This document shows positions 39,191-49,506 of a DNA stretch of 64,000 nt, in pieces. Where the stretch lies: NCBI GenBank assembly GCA_963812015.1, contig CAWETI010000003.1, positions 1,824,001-1,888,000 of the forward strand, given 5' to 3'. Source of the stretch: an uncultured delta proteobacterium (lineage in GTDB: Bacteria; Desulfobacterota; Desulfobaccia; Desulfobaccales; 0-14-0-80-60-11). The notes beneath the pieces were generated by a model. The model was not told the DNA's origin and made no database searches. It was given only the letters and a program-made list of their open reading frames with translations. Position 1 is the first letter of the stretch. Each line of letters begins with the position of its first letter. The position numbers and the translations under genes are program-made.

Positions 39191-39856
39191 TTACGAGTTT
39201 GGGGGAGGGGGTAAGGGCGGGGACCCTTTGCCCCCTCCCCCAACTGCTTTTATAGCATTAATGAAGCTCTCAAGCTTCACCGGGTCTTTCCGGCCCGGCG
39301 CGGCTTCGCTGCCGCTGGCCGCGTCCACAGCATCGGGCTGTGCCGTCGCGATGGCCTGGGCGACGTTATAGGGCGTCAAACCCCCGGCCAGGATGATCCG
39401 GCCGTACTTTTTAGCTTCCCGGGCCAGGTGCCAGTCAAAAACTTCACCGGTGCCTCCGACTTGCCCTTTTATATAAGTGTCCAGCAGGAAGGCTTGGACC
39501 GCGCCCCGAAAGGGCTCCAACTGCTTAAGGGAGCTTGCGTCCTTGATGCGAAAGCCTTTGATCGCCCGCCGCCCCAGGCCCCGGCAGTATTCCGGGGATT
39601 CCTGGCCGTGCACTTGAACCCAGTCCAGGCCTACCCGGGCCGCCAGGGCCCTCACCACCGCGGCGTCTTCATCCACGAAGACCCCAACCGCGGCCACGAA
39701 GGGGGGCAGTTGGGCGATAATCGACCGGGCGGCTTCCGGGGCCACCTTCCGGGGGCTCTTGGGGTAAAAGATAAACCCCAGGGCGTCTGCCCCCAACTCC
39801 GCCGCCAGCAGTGCGTCTTCCAGATTCGTGATGCCGCAAATTTTGATGCGCACCAT
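39191..39856 (-). CDS. trpF: Phosphoribosylanthranilate isomerase
   Basis: IKICGIT, VQVHGQE, GGTG, ILAGGL; C-terminus runs into a repeat. Confidence 0.96.
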   Translation of the reverse strand: MVRIKICGITNLEDALLAAELGADALGFIFYPKSPRKVAPEAARSIIAQLPPFVAAVGVFVDEDAAVVRALAARVGLDWVQVHGQESPEYCRGLGRRAIKGFRIKDASSLKQLEPFRGAVQAFLLDTYIKGQVGGTGEVFDWHLAREAKKYGRIILAGGLTPYNVAQAIATAQPDAVDAASGSEAAPGRKDPVKLESFINAIKAVGGGGKGSPPLPPPPNS

Positions 39857-39973
39857 ATTATTTTCCAGTTGCCAGTGATTAGTTCTTCGTTGATTCTATA
39901 GGTTATCGATAATTTGTTTCCGATCAAAGTTGCCGATCCGGCGAAAACCATTCCAGGCATAACTGGCAATTAA

Positions 39974-40765
39974 CTACTGACTACTGGCTACTCCCAAGAA
40001 TTCCCTTAACGCGGCCCCCGGGTCTGCCTGGGTCACTAGGCGCTCCCCGATGAGAAAGGCGTGGATGCCGGCCGCCTCCAGGCGTTCCAGGTCGGCCCGG
40101 GTCTTTAATCCCGACGCGGCCACCAGGGTCACTCCCGCCGGCGCCAGGGGAGCCAGCTCCAGGACCCGGTCCGGAAACATCTCGAAGGTGTAAAGATTTC
40201 GGGAGTTGATCCCGATCAACCGGGCCCCCGCGGTCAGGGCCGTCTCCATTTCCGCCACAGTGTGCACCTCCACCAACGCCTCCAGACCCAGGGAGCGGGT
40301 GAGCAGCAGCAGGCCCCGGAGTTTTCGTAAGTCCAGCAGGCTGACGATGAGCAGCAGGGCGTCGGCCCCTAAGGCTGCGCTTTCATAAACCTGTATCGGC
40401 TCTAATATAAAATCCTTGCGCAAGATGGGGAGGTGGATCACCGGGCGCATCCGCCGGATGAACTCCGGGTCCCCTTTAAAATAATGGACTTCCGTCAGAA
40501 CCGAGATAGCCGCGGCGCCGTTGTCCTGGTAAATCCGGGCCAACTCCACCGGGTCCCGGCCCAGGGCCAGGTCCCCCTTGCTGGGGGAGGCTCGCTTGAT
40601 CTCGGCGATGATAGCCGGGCCGGCGGCGCCATCCAGGGCGGCCTTGAGGCTTTTGGGGGCCGGCCGCCGGGCGATGTCGGCCTTGAAGGCGTCAATTACC
40701 CCGGCGGCAAACAACCGCTCGGAATCCCTCAGTTTCCGGGCGACGATTTCCTCTAGAAAGTTCAT
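39974..40765 (-). CDS. trpC: Indole-3-glycerol phosphate synthase
   Basis: IIAEIKRASPSKG, SVLTE, LRKDF, LVEVH. Confidence 0.96.
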   Translation of the reverse strand: MNFLEEIVARKLRDSERLFAAGVIDAFKADIARRPAPKSLKAALDGAAGPAIIAEIKRASPSKGDLALGRDPVELARIYQDNGAAAISVLTEVHYFKGDPEFIRRMRPVIHLPILRKDFILEPIQVYESAALGADALLLIVSLLDLRKLRGLLLLTRSLGLEALVEVHTVAEMETALTAGARLIGINSRNLYTFEMFPDRVLELAPLAPAGVTLVAASGLKTRADLERLEAAGIHAFLIGERLVTQADPGAALREFLGVASSQ

Positions 40766-40859
40766 AGCAAACCTAAACCTTTGTCGTCCACAATGTCATG
40801 TAATGGGGCGCAGCGCGCACCCTGCCTTCATCTATGGCGGGCAGTGACCGCCCTATATA

Positions 40860-41927
40860 TCACTGCTCATCGCTAAAGCTCTTGCTTTTGCCGATCAAGG
40901 CCTCCAGTTTGGCCATGGCCTTGCCGGAGCGAATGGTCTCCCGGGCCAATGCGATGCCTTGCGGGAAGTCGGCAACCAGGCCCCCGGCGATGAAGGCTGC
41001 GGCCGCGTTCAAGGCCACCATGTCTTCCCGGGGCCCCCCCTCCCCTGCCAGGACCTGGCGCACGATGCGGGCATTCTCGAAAACGTCCCCGCCCTTGATA
41101 TCCGCCAATGTGGCCCGTTTCAGGCCGAAATCCTCCGGCGCGATATCGTAGGTCCGCACCGCCCCGTCCTTGAGCTGGCTCACCCGGGTGGGGCCGACGA
41201 TGCTGATTTCATCGAAAGAGCCCTCGCCGTAAACTACGAAGGCGCTCCGGCCTCCCAGGTTGCCCAAGACCTGGGCCAGGGGCTCGGTGAGCCGGGCGTC
41301 ATAGACCCCCAGCACCTGGACGTTGGCGCTGGCCGGGTTGGTCAGGGGTCCCAGGACGTTGAAGATGGTGCGGATGCCGATCTCCCGCCGGGGGCCGATG
41401 GCGTAGCGCATGGCCCCGTGGAGCTGGGGGGCGAAGAGAAAGCCGATGCCCACCTCCAGGATACACCAGGCCACCTGCTCCGGGGTGAGGGCCAGATTGA
41501 TCCCCAGGGCCTCGATGACGTCGGCGGAGCCGCACCGGGAGGACACCGCCCGGTTGCCGTGCTTGGCGACTTTCAGGCCCGCCCCGGCCACCACGAAGGC
41601 GGTGGTGGTGGAGACGTTGAAGGTGGAGGTGGCATCCCCCCCGGTGCCGCAGGTGTCCACCACCGTCTCCCAGTCCACGTTGATCTCATCCCGGTCCAGG
41701 TCGATAAGCCCGTCCGAGATGGGGATGCGGGTGGCCTTGGCCCGCATCACCTTGGCCGCGGCGGTGATTTCGGCCACGGTCTCCCCCTTCATCCGCAGGG
41801 CCGTAATGAACGCCCCGATCTGGGCCTCGGTGGCCTCCCCGCTCATGATAATTTCCATGGCCCGGGTCATCTCGGCCTCGGTCAGGTCCTGCCGGGAGAC
41901 CACCTTGAGAATAGCTTCTTTGAGCAT
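40860..41927 (-). CDS. trpD: Anthranilate phosphoribosyltransferase
   Basis: [36 protein letters not shown]. Confidence 0.97.
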   Translation of the reverse strand: MLKEAILKVVSRQDLTEAEMTRAMEIIMSGEATEAQIGAFITALRMKGETVAEITAAAKVMRAKATRIPISDGLIDLDRDEINVDWETVVDTCGTGGDATSTFNVSTTTAFVVAGAGLKVAKHGNRAVSSRCGSADVIEALGINLALTPEQVAWCILEVGIGFLFAPQLHGAMRYAIGPRREIGIRTIFNVLGPLTNPASANVQVLGVYDARLTEPLAQVLGNLGGRSAFVVYGEGSFDEISIVGPTRVSQLKDGAVRTYDIAPEDFGLKRATLADIKGGDVFENARIVRQVLAGEGGPREDMVALNAAAAFIAGGLVADFPQGIALARETIRSGKAMAKLEALIGKSKSFSDEQ

Positions 41928-41962
41928 GTTCTAATTCCTTCAACTGGTAAGGTTATCTGTGC

Positions 41963-43939
41963 TTATTTAAACTGCGTAAACACCGCAGCCAGGCCGATGG
42001 GAATCAAAATCCACCCCGCAATCTTGTGAAAATGGTAATAGAGCAGCATGGGAAACGAGATTTTCTCGATCTGCCACAGCTTGGCCAGCCCCAGGTCCAC
42101 TCCGGGCAGGAACTCATCCAGGCTCAGGAAAAATTGCACCGCCATGGTTTTATAGCGGTTGCCTTGAATCAGCCACGTCCAGCCCCCCAGAAAGCTGGGA
42201 TCGAAGTTGCGGTGGTCAAAGACAAAGGTCCCCATAAATACGATCAGCAGGCTGACCCAGAGGGTCCGGGTCGGTTTCTTGCCGTAGCCAGCCAGGCCGT
42301 CCCAAAAGACCAGGGTGGCCAGATTATAGGGATGCCACCATTTTTGCATGACCTCCCGGCGCTTGCCCTCGATATATACCGTGTCCGCCCGGTCCTTGGT
42401 GCCCCCATGCAGGAAATAATCCTCCAACTGCTGGTAGTTGCGGTTGTCGAAGCGGCTATGGTTAATCCAGGCCAGGAGCTTGTGCCAATCCTGGGGCCCC
42501 TCCCCGGCGCTGACATTCTGGTAGGTCAACCCCTCCAGCCAGACCTGCTCCGGGTTGGGCGGCCAGGTGACGTTGAGCATCTTCAGCGAGTAAAAGCTGC
42601 TGTCCCGCAGGTCGGCCTTGCGGCTGATGGTGAAATTCTTCAGAATGGTCGGGCCTTTCACCTGCAACCGGCTGGCCTGGAGGGCTTCAACCTGAAAATC
42701 GCCCAGGATCAGGCTGTAGTCTACCATGGCCCCATCCAGATTGATTTCCTTATAGGTCAGGGCCGGGTCAGCGCCTCCGGCCAGCACGAGATTCTTAAAG
42801 CTGGTCCCCACCATGGAGACCCCGCTTTGAAAAACCGTGTCGGTGAAGAAAGCGTGCTGGTCCACCTTCAAACCGAAAAAGTTGGGGGCCCGGTCGGGAT
42901 TTTCGAACCGCGCCTGATTGACGATGAGCATCCCGGCCACAGAGGCCATGGAAAAGTCCACCGGGCCCTTGAAAACGGTGCCATCAAAGGAGGCGCGCGG
43001 ACCCACCTTGAGGCCGTTGAAACTCACTTTCTGAGAGCCGGATTCAAAGCGGGCCTCATCCGCGAACAACTCGCCGCCGATCTCGGCGCCCCCCAAATCC
43101 ACCGCTCCCTGAAAAACGGCCTTTATGAAGGAGGCGCTTTGGGCCACCTTTAAGCCGTTCAGCTTGGCTTTGTGATCAGCCGCGGTAAATAGGGCGCCGG
43201 CGGCGTTGAATTCCCCGCCGACCTTGGCCCCGGTAAAATCAACCGGACCCGCAAAAACCGCATTTTTCAGGGAGAGACTCTGACCCGCCACGCAACCGTT
43301 AAAATTGGCTTCCCGGGCCTGGTCGGCAAACTTGGCGTCCGTCAGGACGAATTGCCCGTCGATGCTCGCGCCGCCAAAATCCACCGGACCCGCAAAGACC
43401 GCGCCGCCTAAGAAGGCATCCAATCCCACTTTCAGGCGGTAGAAATTGGCCTGCTGGGCAAAAACGACCTGCTTCAAGGCCAGAGTCTTCTTAAACTCGC
43501 AACCGGCGAAATTTACCGGACCCTGGAATTGGCAGCCGACGAAAAATACGGCGTGCGGGACTGTGGCGAATTCCAGGCTCAGGGGGTCAGGGATGACGGC
43601 ATTGACCAGATAGATGCCGCTGCGGTGGGGCTTGAATCCCGGCATACCGTCGGTGAGCAAGGCCTCCAGGAAGCCGGCATGGATTTGCCGGGATGAGTCC
43701 TCGGGGCCGAATTTCTCCTTCAAGTCGGCGACCCGGCCTTCAGCCGCCTGCTGCAGGACCCAGGACTCCGCGGGGGTAAGCCCCCCCGGTCCAGGCATCG
43801 CCGCAACCGGTCCGGCCAGCCCCATGCAGAGCGCCATAATGAAGCCGCTACAAACCCAAAACGCCGCGTTTTTCAGCGCAGCCTCGACGCTGCCGGGCCG
43901 GCGAGGGCTCGTCGCGACCACGCCTCTGTCCTTTACCAT
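41963..43939 (-). CDS. Beta-solenoid repeat protein with C-terminal 2TM module (paralog of 14876-17566)
   Basis: Hydrophobic leader, LTPAESWV..ADL, repeats AVFxGPVDF, LEGLTY, YQQL, AGYGKKP-TM-LSLDEFLP-TM. Confidence 0.85.
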   Translation of the reverse strand: MVKDRGVVATSPRRPGSVEAALKNAAFWVCSGFIMALCMGLAGPVAAMPGPGGLTPAESWVLQQAAEGRVADLKEKFGPEDSSRQIHAGFLEALLTDGMPGFKPHRSGIYLVNAVIPDPLSLEFATVPHAVFFVGCQFQGPVNFAGCEFKKTLALKQVVFAQQANFYRLKVGLDAFLGGAVFAGPVDFGGASIDGQFVLTDAKFADQAREANFNGCVAGQSLSLKNAVFAGPVDFTGAKVGGEFNAAGALFTAADHKAKLNGLKVAQSASFIKAVFQGAVDLGGAEIGGELFADEARFESGSQKVSFNGLKVGPRASFDGTVFKGPVDFSMASVAGMLIVNQARFENPDRAPNFFGLKVDQHAFFTDTVFQSGVSMVGTSFKNLVLAGGADPALTYKEINLDGAMVDYSLILGDFQVEALQASRLQVKGPTILKNFTISRKADLRDSSFYSLKMLNVTWPPNPEQVWLEGLTYQNVSAGEGPQDWHKLLAWINHSRFDNRNYQQLEDYFLHGGTKDRADTVYIEGKRREVMQKWWHPYNLATLVFWDGLAGYGKKPTRTLWVSLLIVFMGTFVFDHRNFDPSFLGGWTWLIQGNRYKTMAVQFFLSLDEFLPGVDLGLAKLWQIEKISFPMLLYYHFHKIAGWILIPIGLAAVFTQFK

Positions 43940-43982
43940 GCTATAACTCCGGGAAGAAAGTGCCTTACCTCACGCTGCTGCT

Positions 43983-46436
43983 TCACTTGAACTGCGACCA
44001 TACCCCCAGAAAAAAGACCGCAATGAAAATTCTCCCCACCAATCGATGCACCTGAATATAGGCCCGGGTCCTCCACGAGAGGGGGGGTGGCGTCCAATGG
44101 TTTTCCATCCCCAGGTTGAGCAGGGACGGGGTGAATATATCCACACTGAGGAGCACTGAACCCACCAGGGCGCAAAATCGGTTTTTTTTTGGCCATTCCC
44201 GGTCTACCAGGTACTCGGATTTGAACATGAGCGCCCCCCCCAGGATAAACGGGATGGCGAATAGAAAGATCCTCAGGGGTCGGCGGCCGCGCCCCACCGG
44301 CAAATCCCAAAACAGCAGTTCCGGCCATTGCAAAGGATTAAGGTAATCAGGCCACTCTTCCAGGCCGTTGGCCCGCCGTTTCATGTTGATATATGCCTGG
44401 GCGGCCAGGTCGTCCTGGCCGGTTTGCTCAAAATGGTTCTTGAGCTGCAAATAATTCCGGCTGTCGAAGCTGCTGCGGCCCAGCCAATCCAGCAGGTTAT
44501 CCCGGGAAAAGAGCCAGTTTCTCAGCCGATGGAACCAGTGGTCGGCGCCGTTATTGTTCATGGAAATCGATTGATAGGTCATGCCGGCGAGCAACATTCG
44601 CTCTTTGTTCGTTTGGGGCCATTTCGTCCCGCTCATTTCCAGGTCCACGAACTTGCTGTTGCTCAGGTCGGCCTGATCGGCGATCTCCAGATTATTGAAG
44701 GCCGCGATGCCTCTGACCTCCAAATTATTCCCCTGAAACTCCTTGACCTTGACATTGACCAGGTCCAAATTGCGCTCCACTACGGTCCTGGTGAGGTCCA
44801 ATTTAGTGATTATAGGGGGAGTATCCTTGGGGGGCTTGATTTCCGTGCTTTCCGATTCCTGGGGCTTGATTTCCGGGCCCTTGATAGACAAATCGAAAAA
44901 TTTGCCATTATCCAGGAAGATTTTCACCGGCAACCCCCCGCCTTTGAACACCGCCCCTTGAATGGCTTCGGCGCGCAACACCCCGCCGATCTTGGCACCG
45001 GAAAAATTGAGGTTGCCGTTAAACCAGGCGTCCGAAAAGAAAGCGAGTTGGCCCACTTGCAAGCCGCTGAAATCAACGTTTTGGGCCGCCTCGAATCGGG
45101 CCCGATGGGCATTAAACTGTCCGCCAATATTGGCGCCGGCGAAACTTACCGGCCCAGCGAAGGAGACCTCCTCGAAATTTGCGGTATTGCCGACTTTCAA
45201 ATCTGGAGCCTCGATGCCTTTGTCCACATTCTTAAACAGGGCCCCCTTGGCCTTTAAATTAAGGCCGATTTCGGCTGAACCAAAATCCACCGGACAGTTG
45301 AACAGGGCTTCTTCGAAGACAGCCTCCTGTCCCACCTTGGTCCGGAAAAAACTGGCGTAATGATCGCTACAGAAACTCAAGAACTGCGCTTTGGAGGCGC
45401 GCAGATCCTTGGCGATATCCGCGCCCCCAAACCAGGCCTTCCCATGGAAATGGGCTTCTTTGAAATCCGCGTAATTCCCCACTTTCATAATGAGAAAGGT
45501 GACGTGGTCTTCAAAGATGGTTTTATTGCACCGCAGGGTATATGCCACTTTGAGGCTGTCAAATATCGCCTCTTTCCAAAAGTGAGCCCCGCTCATTTCC
45601 AACAAGCCATCGATTGTTGCCAGGCAAAAATCCACCGGGCCATGCAGCCTCGCGTTTTCCAAGATGGCATTCTTGCCCACGTACATACTGTTAAAACATA
45701 TCTCTTCGGCCTCACTTTGGCATTGAGTGTCTATGAGACTGAATTCTTCGCCGATATGAGCCCGGTTGAAATTCACCCCTTGCAGGAAGCGGCTCTCGTT
45801 GAAATAGGCGCATTGATCAACCGTGAGGCCCAAAAAATTAGCGTCCTTTTTGAAAATCGAATTAAGAAGTTGCAGGTTTTTCTTAAAATGGCTATCACGC
45901 AAATTAATAGATTCCTCAAAGATACAGCTACTCAACAGGATATCGAGGGGTACGAGCGCGGCCCGGAGATCAAGGGGGTTGGAGATCACTGCGTTTTTCA
46001 GCCTTACCCCGTGGTTATGGGCCTTGAACCCGTCAAACCCGTCAACCATCAATTGCCTGAGGAAAGCGGCCCGGATGACCAGGCGCGGGCCCCAATCGCC
46101 CCTAAAAGCAGTCCAACGGGCTGGGTCCGCCTTTTCCAGGCGCTCCCTCAGATCCGTTAGGCCTTCTTTCTCGCCCATGACCAGGCCGTATTGTCTCTTG
46201 AGAGCCTCCCGGACCCCGTATTGCTTAACGAGATCCGCCACCTCTCCAGCCTTCACCTGATCCAGGACCCACACTTCCTGCGGGGTGAGGGAACTGGTGC
46301 CGACCCTGTTATCCACGGTATACCGGGGATACCTTTGAGCGTAGCCCGCTGTCGCCCCAAGGATGACGACGAAAACAAAGGATAATCCCAAGACAGCCTG
46401 CCGGGCGTTGCCGATGACGCACCGTTGTCGGTTCAT
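43983..46436 (-). CDS. Beta-solenoid repeat protein with C-terminal 2TM module (third paralog)
   Basis: Signal peptide (..GATAGYA), LTPQEVWV..ADL, repeats, LAGMTY, YLQL, VGRGRRP-TM-LSVDIFTP-TM. Confidence 0.85.
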   Translation of the reverse strand: MNRQRCVIGNARQAVLGLSFVFVVILGATAGYAQRYPRYTVDNRVGTSSLTPQEVWVLDQVKAGEVADLVKQYGVREALKRQYGLVMGEKEGLTDLRERLEKADPARWTAFRGDWGPRLVIRAAFLRQLMVDGFDGFKAHNHGVRLKNAVISNPLDLRAALVPLDILLSSCIFEESINLRDSHFKKNLQLLNSIFKKDANFLGLTVDQCAYFNESRFLQGVNFNRAHIGEEFSLIDTQCQSEAEEICFNSMYVGKNAILENARLHGPVDFCLATIDGLLEMSGAHFWKEAIFDSLKVAYTLRCNKTIFEDHVTFLIMKVGNYADFKEAHFHGKAWFGGADIAKDLRASKAQFLSFCSDHYASFFRTKVGQEAVFEEALFNCPVDFGSAEIGLNLKAKGALFKNVDKGIEAPDLKVGNTANFEEVSFAGPVSFAGANIGGQFNAHRARFEAAQNVDFSGLQVGQLAFFSDAWFNGNLNFSGAKIGGVLRAEAIQGAVFKGGGLPVKIFLDNGKFFDLSIKGPEIKPQESESTEIKPPKDTPPIITKLDLTRTVVERNLDLVNVKVKEFQGNNLEVRGIAAFNNLEIADQADLSNSKFVDLEMSGTKWPQTNKERMLLAGMTYQSISMNNNGADHWFHRLRNWLFSRDNLLDWLGRSSFDSRNYLQLKNHFEQTGQDDLAAQAYINMKRRANGLEEWPDYLNPLQWPELLFWDLPVGRGRRPLRIFLFAIPFILGGALMFKSEYLVDREWPKKNRFCALVGSVLLSVDIFTPSLLNLGMENHWTPPPLSWRTRAYIQVHRLVGRIFIAVFFLGVWSQFK

Positions 46437-46524
46437 AATCAGGCCTCCATGCCGAACAGAATGACGACCTCGACGCTATTCCCTATAATTTAAAAAATTT
46501 TATCAACTCCATAATATCTTCATA

Positions 46525-47088
46525 TTACTCGGATTCCTCTTGGGCCTGGACCTCCCGCCAGCCTTGAGCCGCGGCCACACCCGCGGCCAGGGCCCGGCGG
46601 TTCAGATCTTCCGTGCCCTTGGGCACCCGGGCCAGCACCGCCGCCGTCAGGCTCTGGAGCGATACCACCCCGGTGACTTGGGCCAGGGCCCCCAGGGCCA
46701 CAATGTTGGCCGCCATCGCCCGCCCCAAGTCCCGGGCGATCCGGGTGAACGGCAGGGCCAGGGAGCGGCTGGCGGGCACCTCCTTGACCAGGTCGGCGTC
46801 CACCAGGAGAAGACCCCCCGGCTTCAAATCAACGATAAACGCATCCAGGGATTTCTGGTTCATGGCCAACAGCACATCGGGCTGGATGGCCTTGGGATAA
46901 TCGATCTCCGCATCGCTGATCACCACTTCCGCTTTGGACGCCCCACCCCGGGCCTCGGGACCGTAACTCTGGGTCTGGCAGACAAACTTGCCATCATAAA
47001 TCCCCCCCGCCTCCGCCAGAATGATCCCCGCCAATATCAACCCCTGGCCCCCGGACCCGGCCAGGCGAACTTCGTAACGACTTGGCAT
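46525..47088 (-). CDS. korC: 2-oxoacid:ferredoxin oxidoreductase gamma subunit
   Basis: AGSGGQG, QSYGPEARGG, ANIVALG. Confidence 0.92.
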   Translation of the reverse strand: MPSRYEVRLAGSGGQGLILAGIILAEAGGIYDGKFVCQTQSYGPEARGGASKAEVVISDAEIDYPKAIQPDVLLAMNQKSLDAFIVDLKPGGLLLVDADLVKEVPASRSLALPFTRIARDLGRAMAANIVALGALAQVTGVVSLQSLTAAVLARVPKGTEDLNRRALAAGVAAAQGWREVQAQEESE

Positions 47089-47154
47089 GATTGCTTACCT
47101 GTTGAGAGTTCAAGGTTCAAGGTTGTTCGAGCTTTTAAAACTTTGAACTTTGAA

Positions 47155-47994
47155 CTATTTCTCCATCATCGCCGCCCGGGCCGCGTCCCGGATTTTCTGG
47201 TATTCCTGGGTATAGATGGGCAAGTCCCGGTCCACCAGGGTGCCGATGGTGATCTTGCCCGCCAGTTCTTCCGGGCTCATGGTCTTGGCCTTGTCCACCC
47301 GTACGGCCAGTTCCTTCTGCTGGCGCATCATCTCCACTGGGCCCCCCAGCTTATTTTTAGCGCCGAACTGAGTGTGGCAGTGGCTGATGACTTCCACCAC
47401 CGCAAAGCCCCGTTTCAGGATGGCCTGTTCCATGAGCTGATCCAGCAGGGTGGCGTGGTACACCGTGCCCCGCCCCACCATGGCGGCCCCGGCGCACACG
47501 GCCATCTCGCTGATGGAAAAGGCGTGTTCCACGTGGCCGTACCACGAAGTGGCGGACTTCGCCCCATACGGCGTGGTAGGCGAGTACTGGCCGCCGGTCA
47601 TGCCGTAGATATTGTTGTTGATGATGATGGCGGTCAGATTCAAGTTGCGCCGGGCCGCATGGATAAAGTGGTTGCCACCGATGGCGGTGGCGTCGCCGTC
47701 ACCCATAACCACGATCACCTGGAGCTTTGGATTGGCCAGTTTCACGCCTGTGGCAAAGGTCAGGGCCCGGCCGTGGGTGGTGTGGAGGGTGTTGAAATCC
47801 ACGTACACGCTCAGGCGGCCGGCGCAGCCGATCCCGGTTATCAAGACGATATCATCTTTTTCAAACCCGGTGCGGTCGATGGCCCGGATCAGCGCCCCCA
47901 GGACGATGCCGTTGCCGCACCCCGGGCACCAGACGTGGGGGAACTTCTTTTCGTGGCGCAAGTATTTGTGGATCAGCTTGGTGACTTCGGACAT
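47155..47994 (-). CDS. korB: 2-oxoacid:ferredoxin oxidoreductase beta subunit
   Basis: WCPGCG, GIGC, HTTHGR, GDGD..IGGNH, NNIYGMTGGQ. Confidence 0.94.
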   Translation of the reverse strand: MSEVTKLIHKYLRHEKKFPHVWCPGCGNGIVLGALIRAIDRTGFEKDDIVLITGIGCAGRLSVYVDFNTLHTTHGRALTFATGVKLANPKLQVIVVMGDGDATAIGGNHFIHAARRNLNLTAIIINNNIYGMTGGQYSPTTPYGAKSATSWYGHVEHAFSISEMAVCAGAAMVGRGTVYHATLLDQLMEQAILKRGFAVVEVISHCHTQFGAKNKLGGPVEMMRQQKELAVRVDKAKTMSPEELAGKITIGTLVDRDLPIYTQEYQKIRDAARAAMMEK

Positions 47995-48244
47995 GGCGTT
48001 TGGCTCTCAGCTGTCAGCGTTCAGCTTAAATTAGGACTTTCGATGCTATACCCACCGGTGCTCAGGGTCCGGAAGAAAAGTGATGAAGTCGGTTTCCGCG
48101 CCTTGAACCCGCACCAGCCAACCCCCGGGGACTTTGGTTCTATATACATTTCTTCTGGCAACCCAGCCTATCCCCTCCTGCTTCAATTCCTCCCAGACTA
48201 CTGTAGCCATTAGCGCTTCTCCCTGTTAACTAACTTATTGTTCT

Positions 48245-49387
48245 TTATAAAGTCGCTAACCTTTCTAAAATCTCCTCCGGCGTGATCAGGTCCCCGTCAA
48301 TCCGGTTCAAGGTCTCGATCCGGGTCATCCCCTGGTTGATGCGCTTGAGTTCCCGGGACATCTGGCCCATATTGAGTTCCGGCACCAGGACGGCCCGCAC
48401 CTGACGCAGGTGCGGCGTCAGCAAGCGCCGGGGAAAGGGCCACAGAGTGATAAGTTGCAGCAGCCCCGCTTTGATGCCCTGCTCCCTCGCATCCCGGACG
48501 GCCCGCTGCGCCGAGCGGGCCACCGACCCGTACGCCACCACCAGGAGCTCCGCATCCCCGGTCATCTCCTCTTTGACCATCAGGATATCGTCGAAATGCT
48601 GGGTGATCTTGCGGAAGAGCCGGTTCATGAACGGCACGATCTCATCATGGCGCTCGGTGGGGAAGCCGTGGACGTCATGGATGAGGCCGGTAACGTGGTA
48701 GCGGTAGCCGTCGCCGAAAATGCCCATGGGCGGCACCCCCCGGGCGTTGTCTTCATAGGGCTTGTACCATTCCGGCGGCACTGTGGGGCGCAAGCGGTCC
48801 ACTACCTCCACCGCCGCCGGCTCCGGCAGCACCACCTTTTCCCGGGTGTGGGCCACCATTTCATCGGTCAAGAGGATCACCGGGGTGCGGTATTTTTCCG
48901 ACAGGTTGAAGGCGCGGACGGTCAGGTCGAAACAGTCCCGGGTGGTGGCCGCGGCCAGAACGATGATGGGGTGGTCGCCGTGGGTGCCCCACCGGGCCTG
49001 CATCACGTCTCCCTGGCTGACGTGGGTGGGCAGTCCCGTGGAAGGGCCGCCCCGCATGACATTGACGATGACGCAGGGCACCTCCGCCATACAAGCGAAC
49101 CCCAGGTTTTCCTGCATCAGGGAAAATCCCGGGCCGCTGGTGGCGGTCATGGACTTGACGCCGGCCAGGGAGGCCCCCATCACCGCCCCCAGGGAGGCGA
49201 TCTCATCCTCCATCTGGATAAAGGTGCCCCCCACCGCGGGGAGACGATAGGACATGACTTCGCTGATCTCCGTGGCCGGGGTGATGGGGTAGCCGGCAAA
49301 AAACCGGCACCCGGCGGCCAGCGCCCCTTCCACCACCGCGTCGTTGCCCTGGAGCAGCATAGTTTGTCGGCTTTGTGTCGCGTCCAT
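48245..49387 (-). CDS. korA: 2-oxoacid:ferredoxin oxidoreductase alpha subunit
   Basis: AGYPITP, QMEDE, TSGPGFSL, RGGPSTGLPT. Confidence 0.94.
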   Translation of the reverse strand: MDATQSRQTMLLQGNDAVVEGALAAGCRFFAGYPITPATEISEVMSYRLPAVGGTFIQMEDEIASLGAVMGASLAGVKSMTATSGPGFSLMQENLGFACMAEVPCVIVNVMRGGPSTGLPTHVSQGDVMQARWGTHGDHPIIVLAAATTRDCFDLTVRAFNLSEKYRTPVILLTDEMVAHTREKVVLPEPAAVEVVDRLRPTVPPEWYKPYEDNARGVPPMGIFGDGYRYHVTGLIHDVHGFPTERHDEIVPFMNRLFRKITQHFDDILMVKEEMTGDAELLVVAYGSVARSAQRAVRDAREQGIKAGLLQLITLWPFPRRLLTPHLRQVRAVLVPELNMGQMSRELKRINQGMTRIETLNRIDGDLITPEEILERLATL

Positions 49388-49506
49388 GGTTTTCTCTAAC
49401 TTCTTTCACCACCGCGGCACCAAGAACGCCGATGCACGCAAAACAAAAATAGTTAATTGCGCTTAAGGCGTAATCAAGACTCTTGGGGGCTTAGTGGTTG
49501 GTCTTT

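Noticed and set aside
46540..48213. 557-aa plus-strand ORF and similar long antisense ORFs (20677-21876, 56838-58268, 3396-4508)
   Set aside because: GC-rich antisense shadows of well-supported genes.
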